This document shows, in pieces, positions 1 through 11,850 of a stretch of DNA of 64,000 bases (positions are counted from its first letter, which is position 1; the number at the start of each line of letters is the position of its first letter). The translations under genes and the position numbers were made by a program. Origin of the DNA: a cyanobacterium endosymbiont of Rhopalodia gibba (GTDB taxonomy: Bacteria > Cyanobacteriota > Cyanobacteriia > Cyanobacteriales > Microcystaceae); assembly GCA_045159875.1 (NCBI GenBank), contig CP067995.1, positions 1,888,001 to 1,952,000 on the forward strand, read 5' to 3'. Below the pieces are notes generated by a model, which was given only the letters and a program-made list of their open reading frames with translations, searched no databases and was not told the DNA's origin.

Positions 1-2
1 CG

Positions 3-1076
3 AGATCTCGTAATGATCAAGTAGGGACTGATATTCGTCTTTATCTACGAGATCAAATTAATCAAATTCGGAGTCAATTACGGGATTTTCAACAAGTCTT
101 GCTCGATCATGCTCAAAACCATGTAGAAACCCTTATTCCAGGTTATACCCATTTACAACGGGCTCAACCGATCAGTTTAGCTCACCACCTATTAGCTTAT
201 TTCGAGATGGCACAACGAGACTGGGAACGGTTGGGAGAAATTTACGCTAGGACAAATATTTCTCCCTTAGGATGTGGTGCATTGGCAGGAACAACATTTC
301 CCATTGATCGTCGTTACAGTGCCGAATTATTAGAATTTAAAGGGATTTATGGCAATAGTTTAGACGGAGTGAGTGATCGTGATTTTGCGATCGAGTTTCT
401 CAATGCTGCTAGTTTGATTATGGTTCATCTTAGCCGTCTGAGTGAAGAAGTAATTCTTTGGGCTTCTCATGAATTTAAGTTCATCAACCTTACCGATAGC
501 TGTGCCACAGGGTCAAGTATTATGCCCCAAAAGAAAAATCCTGATGTTCCTGAATTGGTCCGAGGAAAAACTGGACGAGTCTTTGGCCATTTACAAGGAA
601 TGCTAGTTTTAATGAAAGGGTTACCTTTATCTTACAATAAGGATCTCCAAGAAGACAAAGAAGGAATTTTTGACGGGGTAGCAACGGTTAAAAGTTGTTT
701 AGAAGCCATGACGATTTTTTTAAGAGAAGGAATTGAGTTTTGTCAAGAACGTTTAGCCCAAGCAGTAGCCGAGGATTTTTCCAATGCGACAGACGTGGCC
801 GATTATTTGGCAGTCCGCGGAATTCCTTTTCGGGAGGCTTATAATTTAGTAGGAAAGATAGTTAAGACTAGTCTAGCATCGGGTAAGCTCCTTAAGGACT
901 TATCTCTAGAAGAATGGCAAGCCTTACACCCTTTGTTTGAAGCTGATATTTACGAGGTGATCTCCCCCAAACAGGTAGTAGCAGTTCGTAATAGCTACGG
1001 TGGAACTGGTTTTAAGCAAATTCATCAAGCTATTACAAGGGCGAAAGCACAAATAGAATCTTCCCAACTGCACTAA
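3..1076 (+). CDS. argH: Argininosuccinate lyase (5' end outside the window)
   Basis: Frame is open from position 3 ([16 protein letters not shown]); contains [11 protein letters not shown] and the signature [12 protein letters not shown]. Confidence 0.97.
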   Translation, partial: RSRNDQVGTDIRLYLRDQINQIRSQLRDFQQVLLDHAQNHVETLIPGYTHLQRAQPISLAHHLLAYFEMAQRDWERLGEIYARTNISPLGCGALAGTTFPIDRRYSAELLEFKGIYGNSLDGVSDRDFAIEFLNAASLIMVHLSRLSEEVILWASHEFKFINLTDSCATGSSIMPQKKNPDVPELVRGKTGRVFGHLQGMLVLMKGLPLSYNKDLQEDKEGIFDGVATVKSCLEAMTIFLREGIEFCQERLAQAVAEDFSNATDVADYLAVRGIPFREAYNLVGKIVKTSLASGKLLKDLSLEEWQALHPLFEADIYEVISPKQVVAVRNSYGGTGFKQIHQAITRAKAQIESSQLH

Positions 1077-1132
1077 GATCTTAGTCTTATCTTTTATTCC
1101 TGTAAGTTAGTTGCAGCAATACACTAAACCAT

Positions 1133-1539
1133 TATGAGAGTTATATCTCATTTTCTTGCCCCGTAACCTAAGCAACCATTATTCTCATTCTTCCTAATGA
1201 ACGTATTGTCTTTATACGACTAAGGGGGGCAAGATAGTGGAGACTTTCTAGAGTACTTGTGGACTAGAGAGAAGATATTCTAACAACAATCAACGGAAAT
1301 TGTTAAGATAAACCGACTTAAAATTGTTGCGAATTTACCGTGTAGTCGGGATTGATTCTTCTCCTCATCAAAATAATAAAGTTCATTTCTATCTGTCGAA
1401 GCAGATGTGATCGGAACTTTATAGATTAACAATCTCTATAAAAGTTAAAGCATTTGATCCCGATAATTTTTCCTTGGATAATCTCATTCATGATCATCCA
1501 TTAAAAGATTATTTACGAGGATTGGTGATTCTGACTTAA
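1133..1539 (+). pseudogene. NUDIX hydrolase pseudogene
   Basis: Manual translation gives LPNERIVFIR..W...LVD*REDILTT..RVVGI..VEADV..HDH.LKDYLRGL, with stops and frameshifts. It resembles the NUDIX gene commonly found after argH in cyanobacteria. Boundaries approximate. Confidence 0.7.
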
Positions 1540-1779
1540 AATCCGAAAAAATACAATACAATTCACGGAAATCAATGCCATCATCTTCCTTCAGGAGAAG
1601 AAATAGAGATGATGACAACAGTAAAAATTTGAGTTGGAATTAGAATCTGTTGAAACTGTTCTGTTTTCTCTTTTAATCAGTCAGTTTAAGAACTTTGTCT
1701 TTTTACGGTAGGTAGTATTGACAGTGGCTTCAATCCCTTATCACACACCTTTCGGAATTTCCCATGACCCGTTACCTCG

Positions 1780-2520
1780 AATAGCGAATTTTAATCTCAT
1801 AATAACTGCAGTGGGTAAATTAGCTAATTATGTCTTTATCGGTTACTAAATCAATTGTTTCCTTGAGACTTTTAAAATTTTTAGATTTTTCAATCAGTAA
1901 ATATTCTTTAATTTTTGTTCAACAGTTTTCAATGAAGTTGAAATCAGTGGGATATATAGAGATGAAAATACTACTTATGCTCCTATAGATTCCATCAGTT
2001 ATCTAACTTTTGTTGTTTGATGAGCTGATAAATTTTCCATAATGACACAAGTTTTTGTCCACAGTTATAATATAAACATTTATTTTTTTTAAAAAAAAAC
2101 TTGTTTATTTGCCCATCGTTAAAAAGTAAAAATAACTAAACAATCGAATGTAGCAAGCGCTCTGATTAACGTAATATTTTTCTCTAAATTAGAGAAACAT
2201 CTGCCATAAACTAATTTTCCTTTAGTCGCTCTAGCACAGTAACAAGTCATGGATAGATAACTCTGGTTTTGTCAATAAAAACTAAATATGAAAGTGTGGT
2301 TTGTTTAAGTATAGTTTAATATTTTTGTCTTAAGGTTTGCACTCTATCTGCGTAAACTTTAAAACATAAAGTATTTTTGGGGGTTAAGTTAAGTTTTGGA
2401 TTAAACAACATATGGGGATAATGCTAAACTCTAACATCTATTTTTCCGTGTAGAAAGTACTCAGTTCTTGTCGATTAGCATCGTTATTTGGTTCCAGAAA
2501 CTATTCTATAATGTTAAGTA
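1780..2520 (-). mobile_element. Degenerate IS630-family transposase remnant
   Basis: Minus strand reads LVFIDK..YLSMT..ARATKGK..YG..NITLI, CVIMENLSAHQ, DFNFIENC*TKIKEYL and FTHCSY, with stops and frameshifts. Boundaries approximate. Confidence 0.8.
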
Positions 2521-3715
2521 GTTCTATCCAAATTAAAAGTAATTATTCTCTACTATAGTAGAGGATAATAATTCTACAATTTTTATTGCTTTCTAAGGTA
2601 TAAGGAGACAATTAATAAAACTATAACTGGTTTGAAAATATCAAATCAGTTGTTGGGTTTATTTATTGGTCTTATTGTTAGCTTTTCTAATTCTAGTGGA
2701 AATATCTATATAGTACAATCTCATTCTTTAGTTAAACTACTTTTTTTATTTTTTTTAGTTCAATTTATCCAGATACTCCACATAAATTAGTTTTTTATCT
2801 TTGTCGACTTTAACTAAAAACTTAATTATAGATCATATTTACAGTCTCGATTTCTGTGAAAGATCGATAACTATAATTTTTATATGAGTTAACAGCTTTT
2901 AAAAAAGGACTAGTGACTATTTTTATTTAAATTTATTAAATCAATAAAGTAAGTACTGATATTAATAATTATATTTTAATATTTTACTACAGAAAACTAT
3001 CTACTAACATCTGCTTTTAAAAAATCATTATCAGCTTCTTCAGATTGCCACGATAGATTATATTCTGTTAAGGTTATTGTAATAATCTTTACTGCTGCTA
3101 GGCGATCACTTTATTTTCAAATAGAAAGTTTGTACAGAGGTTAGATAGACTCAACTATGGATTCTAAATTTAGGGTGTAAAATAAATAAAATGTCGCTCC
3201 AAACTTCAGATAATTGCCTCAATTTTTTAAGAAATTCAAGATATTACGTTGCTTATCAAGCATTCTCATAGTAAGTGTTTTAGCTGACACTAGAATTGTA
3301 CTAAATTTTCTTTTCAAAGTAAGTACTTGCTAACATCCAGTATGGACTACGATGTCTTGTTTCTGATTTTATTAAACTACTACGGTTAAATATTCTTAAT
3401 TCTAAATTAAAGACAGTGAGTGCCTAGTAACTCTAATCATTCATAAAGTCTTATTTTAATTAAATCTAAATCTTGATGACAAATTCAACAAATGACAGTT
3501 TTTTTACTCTAATTTATAAATTTAAGTTTTTCTTATAGGGGGAATAAGCAAGAGAGATTAAAGTAATATTTTTCTTATATAAACATTGGTTAACTTGCTA
3601 AACATACTAGAATCTTTATTTTAAAATTAGGTCCAATTTTCACATTAATAAAATAATAGACGGATGGTGAGATATAGAGTTTAAGTTTACTAATAAAACT
3701 TTTTATACACACTAG

Positions 3716-3758
3716 AAATAATCGCTAATTTAGATACTATCTAAATTAGCGATTATTT
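3716..3758. repeat. Perfect hairpin, 21-bp arms with 1-nt loop, overlapping the ATPase stop codon; possible terminator
   Basis: aaataatcgctaatttagata-c-tatctaaattagcgattattt. Confidence 0.9.
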
Positions 3759-5073
3759 ATTCAATACCTTTAACCTTTAATTCTCCTTGTAAAAAATGGA
3801 TAAATTGTCGAGCAGTTCTTCCTGAACGTCCATTTTGTTTAATTGCCCATTGTTTTGCCCTAAATTCTAATTCTTCTTGAGGTAAGTTAAGTCTTATTTG
3901 TTGGGCTAGATGATTAACAATTGAGAGGTATTTTTCTTGATTTGCCGGTTCAAAAGTTAAGGTTAAACCAAAGCGATCACTAAAAGATAATTTTTCTTGT
4001 ACAGTATCCCAAGCATGGACTTCATCCGACTCACTAAGTTGAGGGCGATCACCAAAAAATTCTCTAATCAAATGTCTCCTATTAGAAGTAGCATAAACCA
4101 CGACATTGTCAGCTCTAGCAGTCACACTTCCTTCTAAAACAACCTTTAATGATTTAAAAGTATCGTCGTTTTCCTCAAAAGATAAATCATCAACAAAAAC
4201 AATAAATTTTTGAGGATAATCCCTTAATTTATCGACTATCCAAAGTAAATGATTTAATTGAGATTTACTTACTTCGACCAATCTCAATCCTTGGCTACTA
4301 TATCTATTTAATAATCCTTTAACTAAAGAAGACTTACCCGATCCCCGACTTCCATATAATAAAATATTAAGAGCAACACAACCAGCCAATAAAATTTCTG
4401 TATTTTTAACTAATGTTTCCTTTTGTGGCTCATAACCAACAATCTCAGTTAATTTAATTGGATCTGAATTTTTAATTCCTATTAATTGTTTTTCTTCCCA
4501 TTTTAACACCTTGTATTTAGCGAAAATACCTGTTCCTTGTCGATTATAATGGTCAGCTAATTCTTCTATTGTGTCTTGCCAATTATTAGATCGATGTAAA
4601 AAAGTATTATCAATATTTTCTACTTCCCAAGCTACAGGAATATACTCTATTAATGTGAATTTTTTGACCCATTCAGCAAGTTGTTGAGTCTGACAATTAT
4701 AAATAATCTGTAAAATGCTCAGATCATGCTTGACTGCATCAATCAAAGATTTAGGTAATTCTTGAAAAGGAATTGATTGTACTTGCTGGCTAAAAGAATT
4801 TTCATTAAGTAAAATCTCACTAACAAAGTAATCTTGCCAACTTTTTCTTGTTCTTGCCAAAGCTTCAAAAAAAAGTCCATAAGCTTTCAAAGACTCTAAA
4901 TTTAAGGTATGTTTATCTCTAAAGTAGAGGGAATATAACAGGGAAATAAAAGTTTGACAGACTTCACTTTTAAAAAGTGATTGATAAAGGAGTAACGATG
5001 ATATTTGAGGGTAGAGAAAATACTTAAACTGGTTTAACTCATTCATTGACTTAACTGTGGCTAATTTTTGCAA
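3757..5073 (-). CDS. AAA+ ATPase, DUF815-like
   Basis: Walker A GSRGSGKSS, Walker B FVDDLSFEE, YATSNRRHL and SFSDRFGL motifs. Confidence 0.85.
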   Translation of the reverse strand: MQKLATVKSMNELNQFKYFLYPQISSLLLYQSLFKSEVCQTFISLLYSLYFRDKHTLNLESLKAYGLFFEALARTRKSWQDYFVSEILLNENSFSQQVQSIPFQELPKSLIDAVKHDLSILQIIYNCQTQQLAEWVKKFTLIEYIPVAWEVENIDNTFLHRSNNWQDTIEELADHYNRQGTGIFAKYKVLKWEEKQLIGIKNSDPIKLTEIVGYEPQKETLVKNTEILLAGCVALNILLYGSRGSGKSSLVKGLLNRYSSQGLRLVEVSKSQLNHLLWIVDKLRDYPQKFIVFVDDLSFEENDDTFKSLKVVLEGSVTARADNVVVYATSNRRHLIREFFGDRPQLSESDEVHAWDTVQEKLSFSDRFGLTLTFEPANQEKYLSIVNHLAQQIRLNLPQEELEFRAKQWAIKQNGRSGRTARQFIHFLQGELKVKGIE

Positions 5074-5169
5074 ATTTAAAAGTAAATATATGTGAGTAAG
5101 TATTTCTAATAAATAGATTTTTTTAAATCTATTTATGTTCTAATTCACTTAGACTGAGGACATAGTATA

Positions 5170-6290
5170 AATTCAAAATATAGAAGAGTTTTCTACAGCA
5201 AATATAACGAGATTGCTGATAATTTTTTTAAAAAAATTTTTTTACGTCTAAACTTAACCCAACCACTGAAAATACTTAATGTTAACAGTATACCGGCTAT
5301 GGTCAATATTATCAACAGTAGTCATAAAATGCCTATCAATTCGGCGGTTTGCACTATTATACTCCCTGTACACAAGGCTATTAATAATGACAATGGGGGA
5401 ACACTAAGTTCTAAAGCTAGAACAAATAAATTAAAACGTCCTTGGACTATTGTTCCCTTAATTAATTGAGAAACCTGGGATAAAAGAGTTTGAAGACAAC
5501 CATATTCCCAACGAGTTCTTTAAGTTTTTGTGGCGTAACTTTGTTCAGCAATAATACCTATTATTTAAGTATTAGAACAAAATAGAGTAGAAAATCATGC
5601 TAGAACTGAATCAATTTATAACTGCATATCTTCCACAAGATTACCATTAACCAAAGATGTTTTTGAATAACAGACCAAAGGAAAGCTATTCCTATTTCTT
5701 CTAATGAGCAAGAAAGTCATAAAAGAGATAAACTTGTATAATAAAATTTTTGTATCCCAAAATCGAATGTAAAAATAGCATTTTAGTACTGAGATTGGTG
5801 GGTATTTAAATGGGTAAAGATCCTGTATAGACTTCCCTGTTAGTAATACTTTTTAGTTATTTTTTTTTAAATTTTTCAATTTTAAATCAAAATCTGTACT
5901 CATAAAAATAACAATATCTAGAGGTGCGTTTTTTATTAAGTTTAGTTCATAGTAAAGAGCATATCTTTTTCCTATTTTTTATAAAACTATCGTTTAATTA
6001 CAATTTTTTTATGTTGATGATAAATTTTAGCTATATTATCGTTATGGTTGTCATTATTATTGATAATAATGACAGGATTATTAACTTAACTCAATTGAGA
6101 TCTAAAAGTATATTTAATGATATTTATTTTATGATTGACTAGAATTTAAATCTTTAAACTTAGTTTGGATATAACTTGTGAGTTGATCTTATGAAATTTC
6201 TAAACCCGAGCAACACAACATTCTAAAAATAGAAAGTAACAAAGAATAAACAAGATTAAAAAAACAGCTAAGAATGAAGTTTATAAAAAA
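5170..6290 (-). pseudogene. Glycosyltransferase family 2 pseudogene
   Basis: Fragments GIAFLWSVI..NGNLVEDMQL* and *RTRWEYGCLQTLLSQV..LALELSVPPLSLL retain the (Q)RxRW motif; multiple stops. Boundaries approximate. Confidence 0.75.
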
Positions 6291-6295
6291 AATAA

Positions 6296-7488
6296 TCAAG
6301 AAGAAGATAGGTAAACAGATTCAAATAATTGATGTAATTTTTGTGCTTCTTGAGTTACATTATGTCGTTGTGCAACTCGTTTAGCTCCTAGAAACTCCCA
6401 TTTCTTCTAATCGAGAAATAGGAGTTTCTAGGAAACTTTTCATCGCTATCACTAAGAATCCTACCGATCACGCAAGAATTAACTCTCCTAACTCGTTAGG
6501 GATAACAAGTTCAGGAATCCCCGCCACGTAAGTATTAATGACTAACGGACCTAAGGTCAAACTTGTTATAGTAGCAACAGGTAATCCTTCTCCGAAACTT
6601 GGTAAAATCATTATTTTGGATGGGAAAATATGCCGTTGTACTCGTGCTTGAGTTGCTCAACCTTTCATTTTAGTAACATCTTCCAATTGATAGTATTTTT
6701 AAATCTCTATCTCCGACTAAAACTACCTTAAATTTGTTTATAGATATATAAATATAGCAAGAGTTTCTATTGATAGAATTTTCTACTTATGCCGATAAAT
6801 ACAATCAATGCAAATAAAATAATTCTATTTAGAAAATGTTTAAAAATTGGTTATTAAGGCAAGTTAAAAAATAATTTATCAAACCCATAATAAATAATCT
6901 TAAGTTTTTGCTAGTTAGTAAATTTGGACCAGCGATCAAGCTTACTTTTTCTATAAGAATTAATTGCTACAACAAAACTAGCTCATTTTATCTTTATCTG
7001 GGAAGGAAATGGCCTCAACCTTATCAAATTCTTCAGGTCCATGAACGGTGAAACTATAAAATGATTTTCCTTGAATAGAATTTTATAAAACGACCGTTGT
7101 TGAATTAGTTCCAAAATGGGGATGAAAGTGGGCAATATTTAACCTAAAAAATCTATCTAATAGAATACAAGCTTAGACTAAACAAGCACAGTAAGGTCAA
7201 ACTCTCCGCTCTGAATTTTAACCAATTTTTACAGTTAGTTTTAACGCTGTTAATCAATACTCCGGTCGAGTTAAAGCAACTTTAAGAAAAATCGATAATT
7301 CCAACGCTTAAAACAACTTCTATTGTTTCTAGTTCTTGCTGATATTATTCATCAATAACCTTACCAACACATGATTATAAAGAAAGTCGAGTAATGGGAT
7401 CTTCGAGAGCTTCAAGAGCTAAAATCTCTCGCCGAATAAAGCAATAGCTGATAGTCAGATATTGATTGACCAAATAAGCAATTTTCAT
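6296..7488 (-). pseudogene. Glycosyltransferase family 4 (WcaL-like) pseudogene
   Basis: Starts MKIAYLVNQY..FIRREILALE; contains HFGTNSTTV, YSFTVHGPEEFDK, LPSFGEGLPV and TYVAGIPELV; stops and frameshifts. Confidence 0.85.
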
Positions 7489-7849
7489 GCTAGAAAATAT
7501 TTAAACTAACCTGATCTCTGATTTTTATTTTATTGTCCTTACTTCAGGATACAATGACATATACTAAAGTTTACGGCTTATTTCCAGCTAAAAGATAGTT
7601 AGAAAGTCACAACAGATATATATTTATCTAATTTGTACAGAGATGCATAATAGACGACTAACAGATACTTTTATCCATAGATAAAAGTACATAAATTTTC
7701 TAAATAACCTTTGAACTTAAGTCATTTATTTAGTTTTTCCGTTCCGATGGAGCAATATCTAATTTATTCTAGATTACATCTCCTACAGTTTTTAAGGTCA
7801 AAATATAATAACAATTTTTATTATATTGTTAATTTTTATACAGGAGTTG

Positions 7850-7990
7850 GAACTGCGATTAGAACCGGCTGGAGTCGACTATTAGCTAAGGGAAATGTTA
7901 AAGTGTTAATTGCTTGTGATGGTTAGGGAATTCCTTTGAGGAAAAATTTTACTATTTATCGAGTCAGTCATGATGAGTTTACTCATTAGA
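7850..7990 (+). mobile_element. Possible IS5-family transposase fragment
   Basis: KGNVKVLIACDG*GIPL...SHDE resembles the IS5 'GxKxxxxxDxxGxPL...HD' segment; short and weak. Confidence 0.3.
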
Positions 7991-8604
7991 GTCCAAGTTT
8001 CTTAGGATAAAGTAAATGGAAGTTTTTCTGGTAATCCATCAGTAGAATATTTAGATTTATGGCGATCATCCCGAACGGTTATGGGTTGGAGAACTCAAAC
8101 AATAGTTAACTAAAAAAAGTCTCGATAGTTATTCTTCGTTAAACGATTTTGTTGCCTATTTATTAATTTAGTAAAATTAGAAGATGTTTTATCGTCTTTA
8201 AATCCATGAAGAAGATTACAACATTAGTTAAATTTTTGGCATTTTCCGCATTCATCAATATTCATCAATTGGACTATAATTATAGTCGTTAAGATGAGTT
8301 AAATCCTAGCATTCTCATAGTAAAAGCATCTGACCGAACCTACAGCCTCACTCGTTTATTAATCGTCGGTAACCTAAGACGGGCTTTTGGATTACCATGC
8401 AATATTCTTTTACTACTTTTAACCATTACTTCTAATCGAGATCATCTAGAAACTGTGAAGGTTGAAAGTGTTTTAATGAAGCTAGTTTACATAATCTTCT
8501 TATTAGTGACGTTTCTCCTTGTTCTTAGGGACACTATAAGCTGTTAATTTTTTCCTCAAATTAAAAAGAATTTGACTTAATCATTTTGTGAATTGCTATT
8601 CATC

Positions 8605-9468
8605 TTAGACTTTCCGATTTAATGCCTCCATTACTGCATATTGACTTATATTTTTATAAACTTGTTGTAGATGCTGTTGAGCTACTCGCGCTTCTTCATA
8701 AGTTAAAGTAATTCTTCCTAAAATATTTAACACTGTTTGATCATCAGATGTGGGAATAATAACGATTAGTGAGGAATCTAATCCTCTCTTATACTGCCAA
8801 AATTTAGTAAGATCGAAAGTATTAGATTCTTCTGTTTTGTGATTTAGTTTCTCTGTTGTTTCTGCTAATATATCCTTATCTTTCATTAATTTTCTATCTT
8901 TTCGTTGATTAATTTTCTGAAGGCGTAACTGACGTAAAGCGTCAAGAATTTGCTCTTTTGTTCTCCCTCTTAATTTAAAGATTATAAAAGGATCTTCACT
9001 AAAATACTCAGCTAATTGATAATAAACTGCCCCAATATGTTTACAAGGGTTGGCTTTATCGGGACAACTACAACAAGCATTAATATCTGACAAGGTAAAA
9101 GGAAAGACACTAAGTCCATTATTAATAAAAACTTCTTCAATATTTTCTGGCATTCTACCCGCTAATAATTGGGCTGAAAAAATTGCTTTTTTAGATAAAC
9201 TTTCAATAATATAATCCCAATCTTCATCAGTAAAAGGAAGCAATGAAAATGATACTTGATATGGATTGATATCACCGCCTTGAACTTTTGCAAATACTTT
9301 GGCGTCTTTAAATTCAATACTTAAAATTTTTCCTTCTCTTGCATAAATTCTGGCTCGTTCTAACCGCTTTTTAAATCTATAAGAATCCAGTAATTCCAGC
9401 CAACGTTCTACCCACCATTCTTTGTGAGAGAAAGTCGCGTCACTGTTTGATAAATTAGAATTAGTCAT
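8605..9468 (-). CDS. SWIM zinc finger family protein
   Basis: CSCPDKANPCKH SWIM motif and RLERARIYAREG. Confidence 0.9.
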   Translation of the reverse strand: MTNSNLSNSDATFSHKEWWVERWLELLDSYRFKKRLERARIYAREGKILSIEFKDAKVFAKVQGGDINPYQVSFSLLPFTDEDWDYIIESLSKKAIFSAQLLAGRMPENIEEVFINNGLSVFPFTLSDINACCSCPDKANPCKHIGAVYYQLAEYFSEDPFIIFKLRGRTKEQILDALRQLRLQKINQRKDRKLMKDKDILAETTEKLNHKTEESNTFDLTKFWQYKRGLDSSLIVIIPTSDDQTVLNILGRITLTYEEARVAQQHLQQVYKNISQYAVMEALNRKV

Positions 9469-9482
9469 AATCTTATTGTCTT

Positions 9483-10256
9483 TTAGTTAGAAGGGGTTTT
9501 TTGTAAATTTCTAGCTTTATAAAAAGTCTCTAAACTTTCTTGATCTCCTACATACCGCCAGTGCCAGGGTTCATAACTAATACCTTGGTGGTTATCAGGT
9601 GGAAAAGACAGCTCAAAACTGTACTTAGCAGCATTATTTCTTAACCAGCTAAAAGCAGCTGTTTTCTCAAAATCAGGGCTTAAATGGGTAGCAGGGGTTT
9701 TAGCATCGCCAATATCTACCGCATATCCAGTATGGTGTTCACTGTAATTAGGGGGCGCACTCACTTCAGCACGTTCACTAGGATTTTGGTTCCGTTGTCG
9801 TTGGATTTCAAAAAATAAGTAATTTTGTTCAGAAACCGTCCTAAATCCTGAAATAGGAGTTAGAATAATTCCTTGGTATCGAGCTGCCTTTTGCATTTCT
9901 ATAAATTGTTCAGCTGCATTAAGGCACAATCGGACGCGTCCGTCAGAAGTAATTGCTTTTAATTTTGATATGGGAGCTTGTTTATATTCTAAATGTCCAA
10001 GAACATTTTCTAATGGCTCGGGAGAAGGATTAACTACTGAGATTGATTTTGGGGCGGAAGAAAGTTTCGCGGAAGTTCCAGAAGATGAGGATGAGGATGT
10101 GGTTGATGGTGAAGGCACTAGACGCATGAAGAAAGTTCCTCCTAAAATTAAAATAGGCCCTATCCCTAGGATACTTAGCACTAACAATCTTCGTTTTTGT
10201 TGTATTTTGGCTTGACTGATAGAAGTTTCTCTTAAAGCCTCTGGAATATCATCCAT
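9483..10256 (-). CDS. D-alanyl-D-alanine carboxypeptidase (VanY/M15 family)
   Basis: ISGFR, SEHHTGYAVD and YEPWHWRYVG motifs; N-terminal transmembrane helix. Confidence 0.9.
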   Translation of the reverse strand: MDDIPEALRETSISQAKIQQKRRLLVLSILGIGPILILGGTFFMRLVPSPSTTSSSSSSGTSAKLSSAPKSISVVNPSPEPLENVLGHLEYKQAPISKLKAITSDGRVRLCLNAAEQFIEMQKAARYQGIILTPISGFRTVSEQNYLFFEIQRQRNQNPSERAEVSAPPNYSEHHTGYAVDIGDAKTPATHLSPDFEKTAAFSWLRNNAAKYSFELSFPPDNHQGISYEPWHWRYVGDQESLETFYKARNLQKTPSN

Positions 10257-10899
10257 GTCATGATCGTATGATTAATAGTTCATTGAACATTGTTGATGTA
10301 TTATCGTTTTTTGTCTACTCTCACATTTGCCAATTTTATAGGAATTTTCAATTTGGTGTAACAGATTGACAGTAATGAGTAAATCTGTCAATTATGTTTT
10401 ATTCAGTCCTTAAATAGATGGCGGATAGCTTTATTGAACATTTAATCGAATCTTGTCTATTATTTAGTTCAGATTTAGTAAACTCTACATTCAGAAATAT
10501 AACTTTGGAAAATATCACTGTTTCTTTGTCTCTATAGTTAACTTTAAATTATAGTAATTACTTATAATTAATTTTTTGATTTAAATTCAATATTAGATTG
10601 AATAAATAGTAAATAATAACTAATTTACATATTTTTTCGTACTATTTGGTAGTGAGTTAATAATTTTAGTAAAATTTTTAAAGTCAATTAGATCTATCTC
10701 TATTTTTAAACTATAAATATCCTTAATTTTCAGGCTATTTCTCCCGATAAATCCATTAAATCTAGCACTCAAGTCCTGAAAAGGTTGGATAACAGAATCT
10801 TAATTTTAATTATTTTATGATAATTTTGATTAAGCAATCTTTGTCTTAAATAAAACATGTCGGCCATTAAATATATCGAGTATAAAATTGAGAAATTTT

Positions 10900-11850
10900 A
10901 GCAAGAGTTGTTTATGGTTTTAAAAAATAATTTGATATTATTGTAATTCTTGACTTTAGCTAGATCAAAAATTAATGCAAAAATATACTGGCAACTAAAA
11001 ACACAACCATCATTATTAACTTTTAAAAAGTAGAGGCAATTTTAATTTTGACGTTAAAGATCGATGAATATACCTATGGTCTTGTTGTCAAAAACAGGTA
11101 TCTAGGCTCAAACACTAATGGAACAGCCTATTTACTGCGTTTTTATGTAATATTTTGGTGTTCAAATTAACTTATGAAAGATTATCAAGAGTAAAGACAA
11201 CTTGGAGTTTCTGTTGATTCTGCTTAAGATAATACACGGATATTTAATAGTTTGCAAGGAAATATTAAGAGATATACAGTTTATACTAAATCTTACGTCA
11301 GAGTTCTGCAAAAAATATTTAAAGTAGGAATCGGCTAATTAAAAATTGCTATCGAAAATAATTTTCTTAAAACAAAGAGTAAAGCAAAACATTAGCAATT
11401 TTAGAACAAATCATCAATGTTTGAGATTTTAAAAAAATCGCTATTTTTAAATATTTCAAGAAAGCAAGAGCAACCGCTAATTTATTATTTTTTTTAAAAA
11501 AATTCTAGCCTATATTTAGATAAATTTCAAGCTTGTACTCAACAATCACTTTTTAACAGAAGCATTTATTTCAGCTTTTTAAGCTTGACATCAAGTGTGG
11601 GTATTGTTTAAAGATGTTGACGTGATTATTGCACCCACGACCCTTTATGTTATCTCGCTATTAGGATACTAAACAATATAAAAAAAATTATGATTAACTT
11701 CAATTTTAGAGCAATTTATTCAATCTCTATCTTTTATTAGATTACCGGTGTTATTGGTTTTAATTTTATGGGCTCACCAATTAGTTTTGAGAGTTCAATT
11801 GATTGCTGCATCTTACCAAAAGTCTTCAATTTTATAGATTGCTTAATCTC
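10900..11850 (+). pseudogene. AtzE-like amidase-signature enzyme pseudogene
   Basis: LKIDEYTYGLV (11054-11086, cf. LNMDEYAYGF), LGSNTNG (11102-11122, cf. LGSDTNGS) and VDVIIAPTT (11616-11642). The GGSSGGS segment is deleted. Boundaries approximate. Confidence 0.65.

Noticed and set aside
5924..6142. 72-aa + strand ORF
   Set aside because: Low-complexity AT-rich frame antisense to the GT2 pseudogene.
7711..7926. 71-aa ORF
   Set aside because: No recognisable family; only the last codons resemble a transposase fragment.
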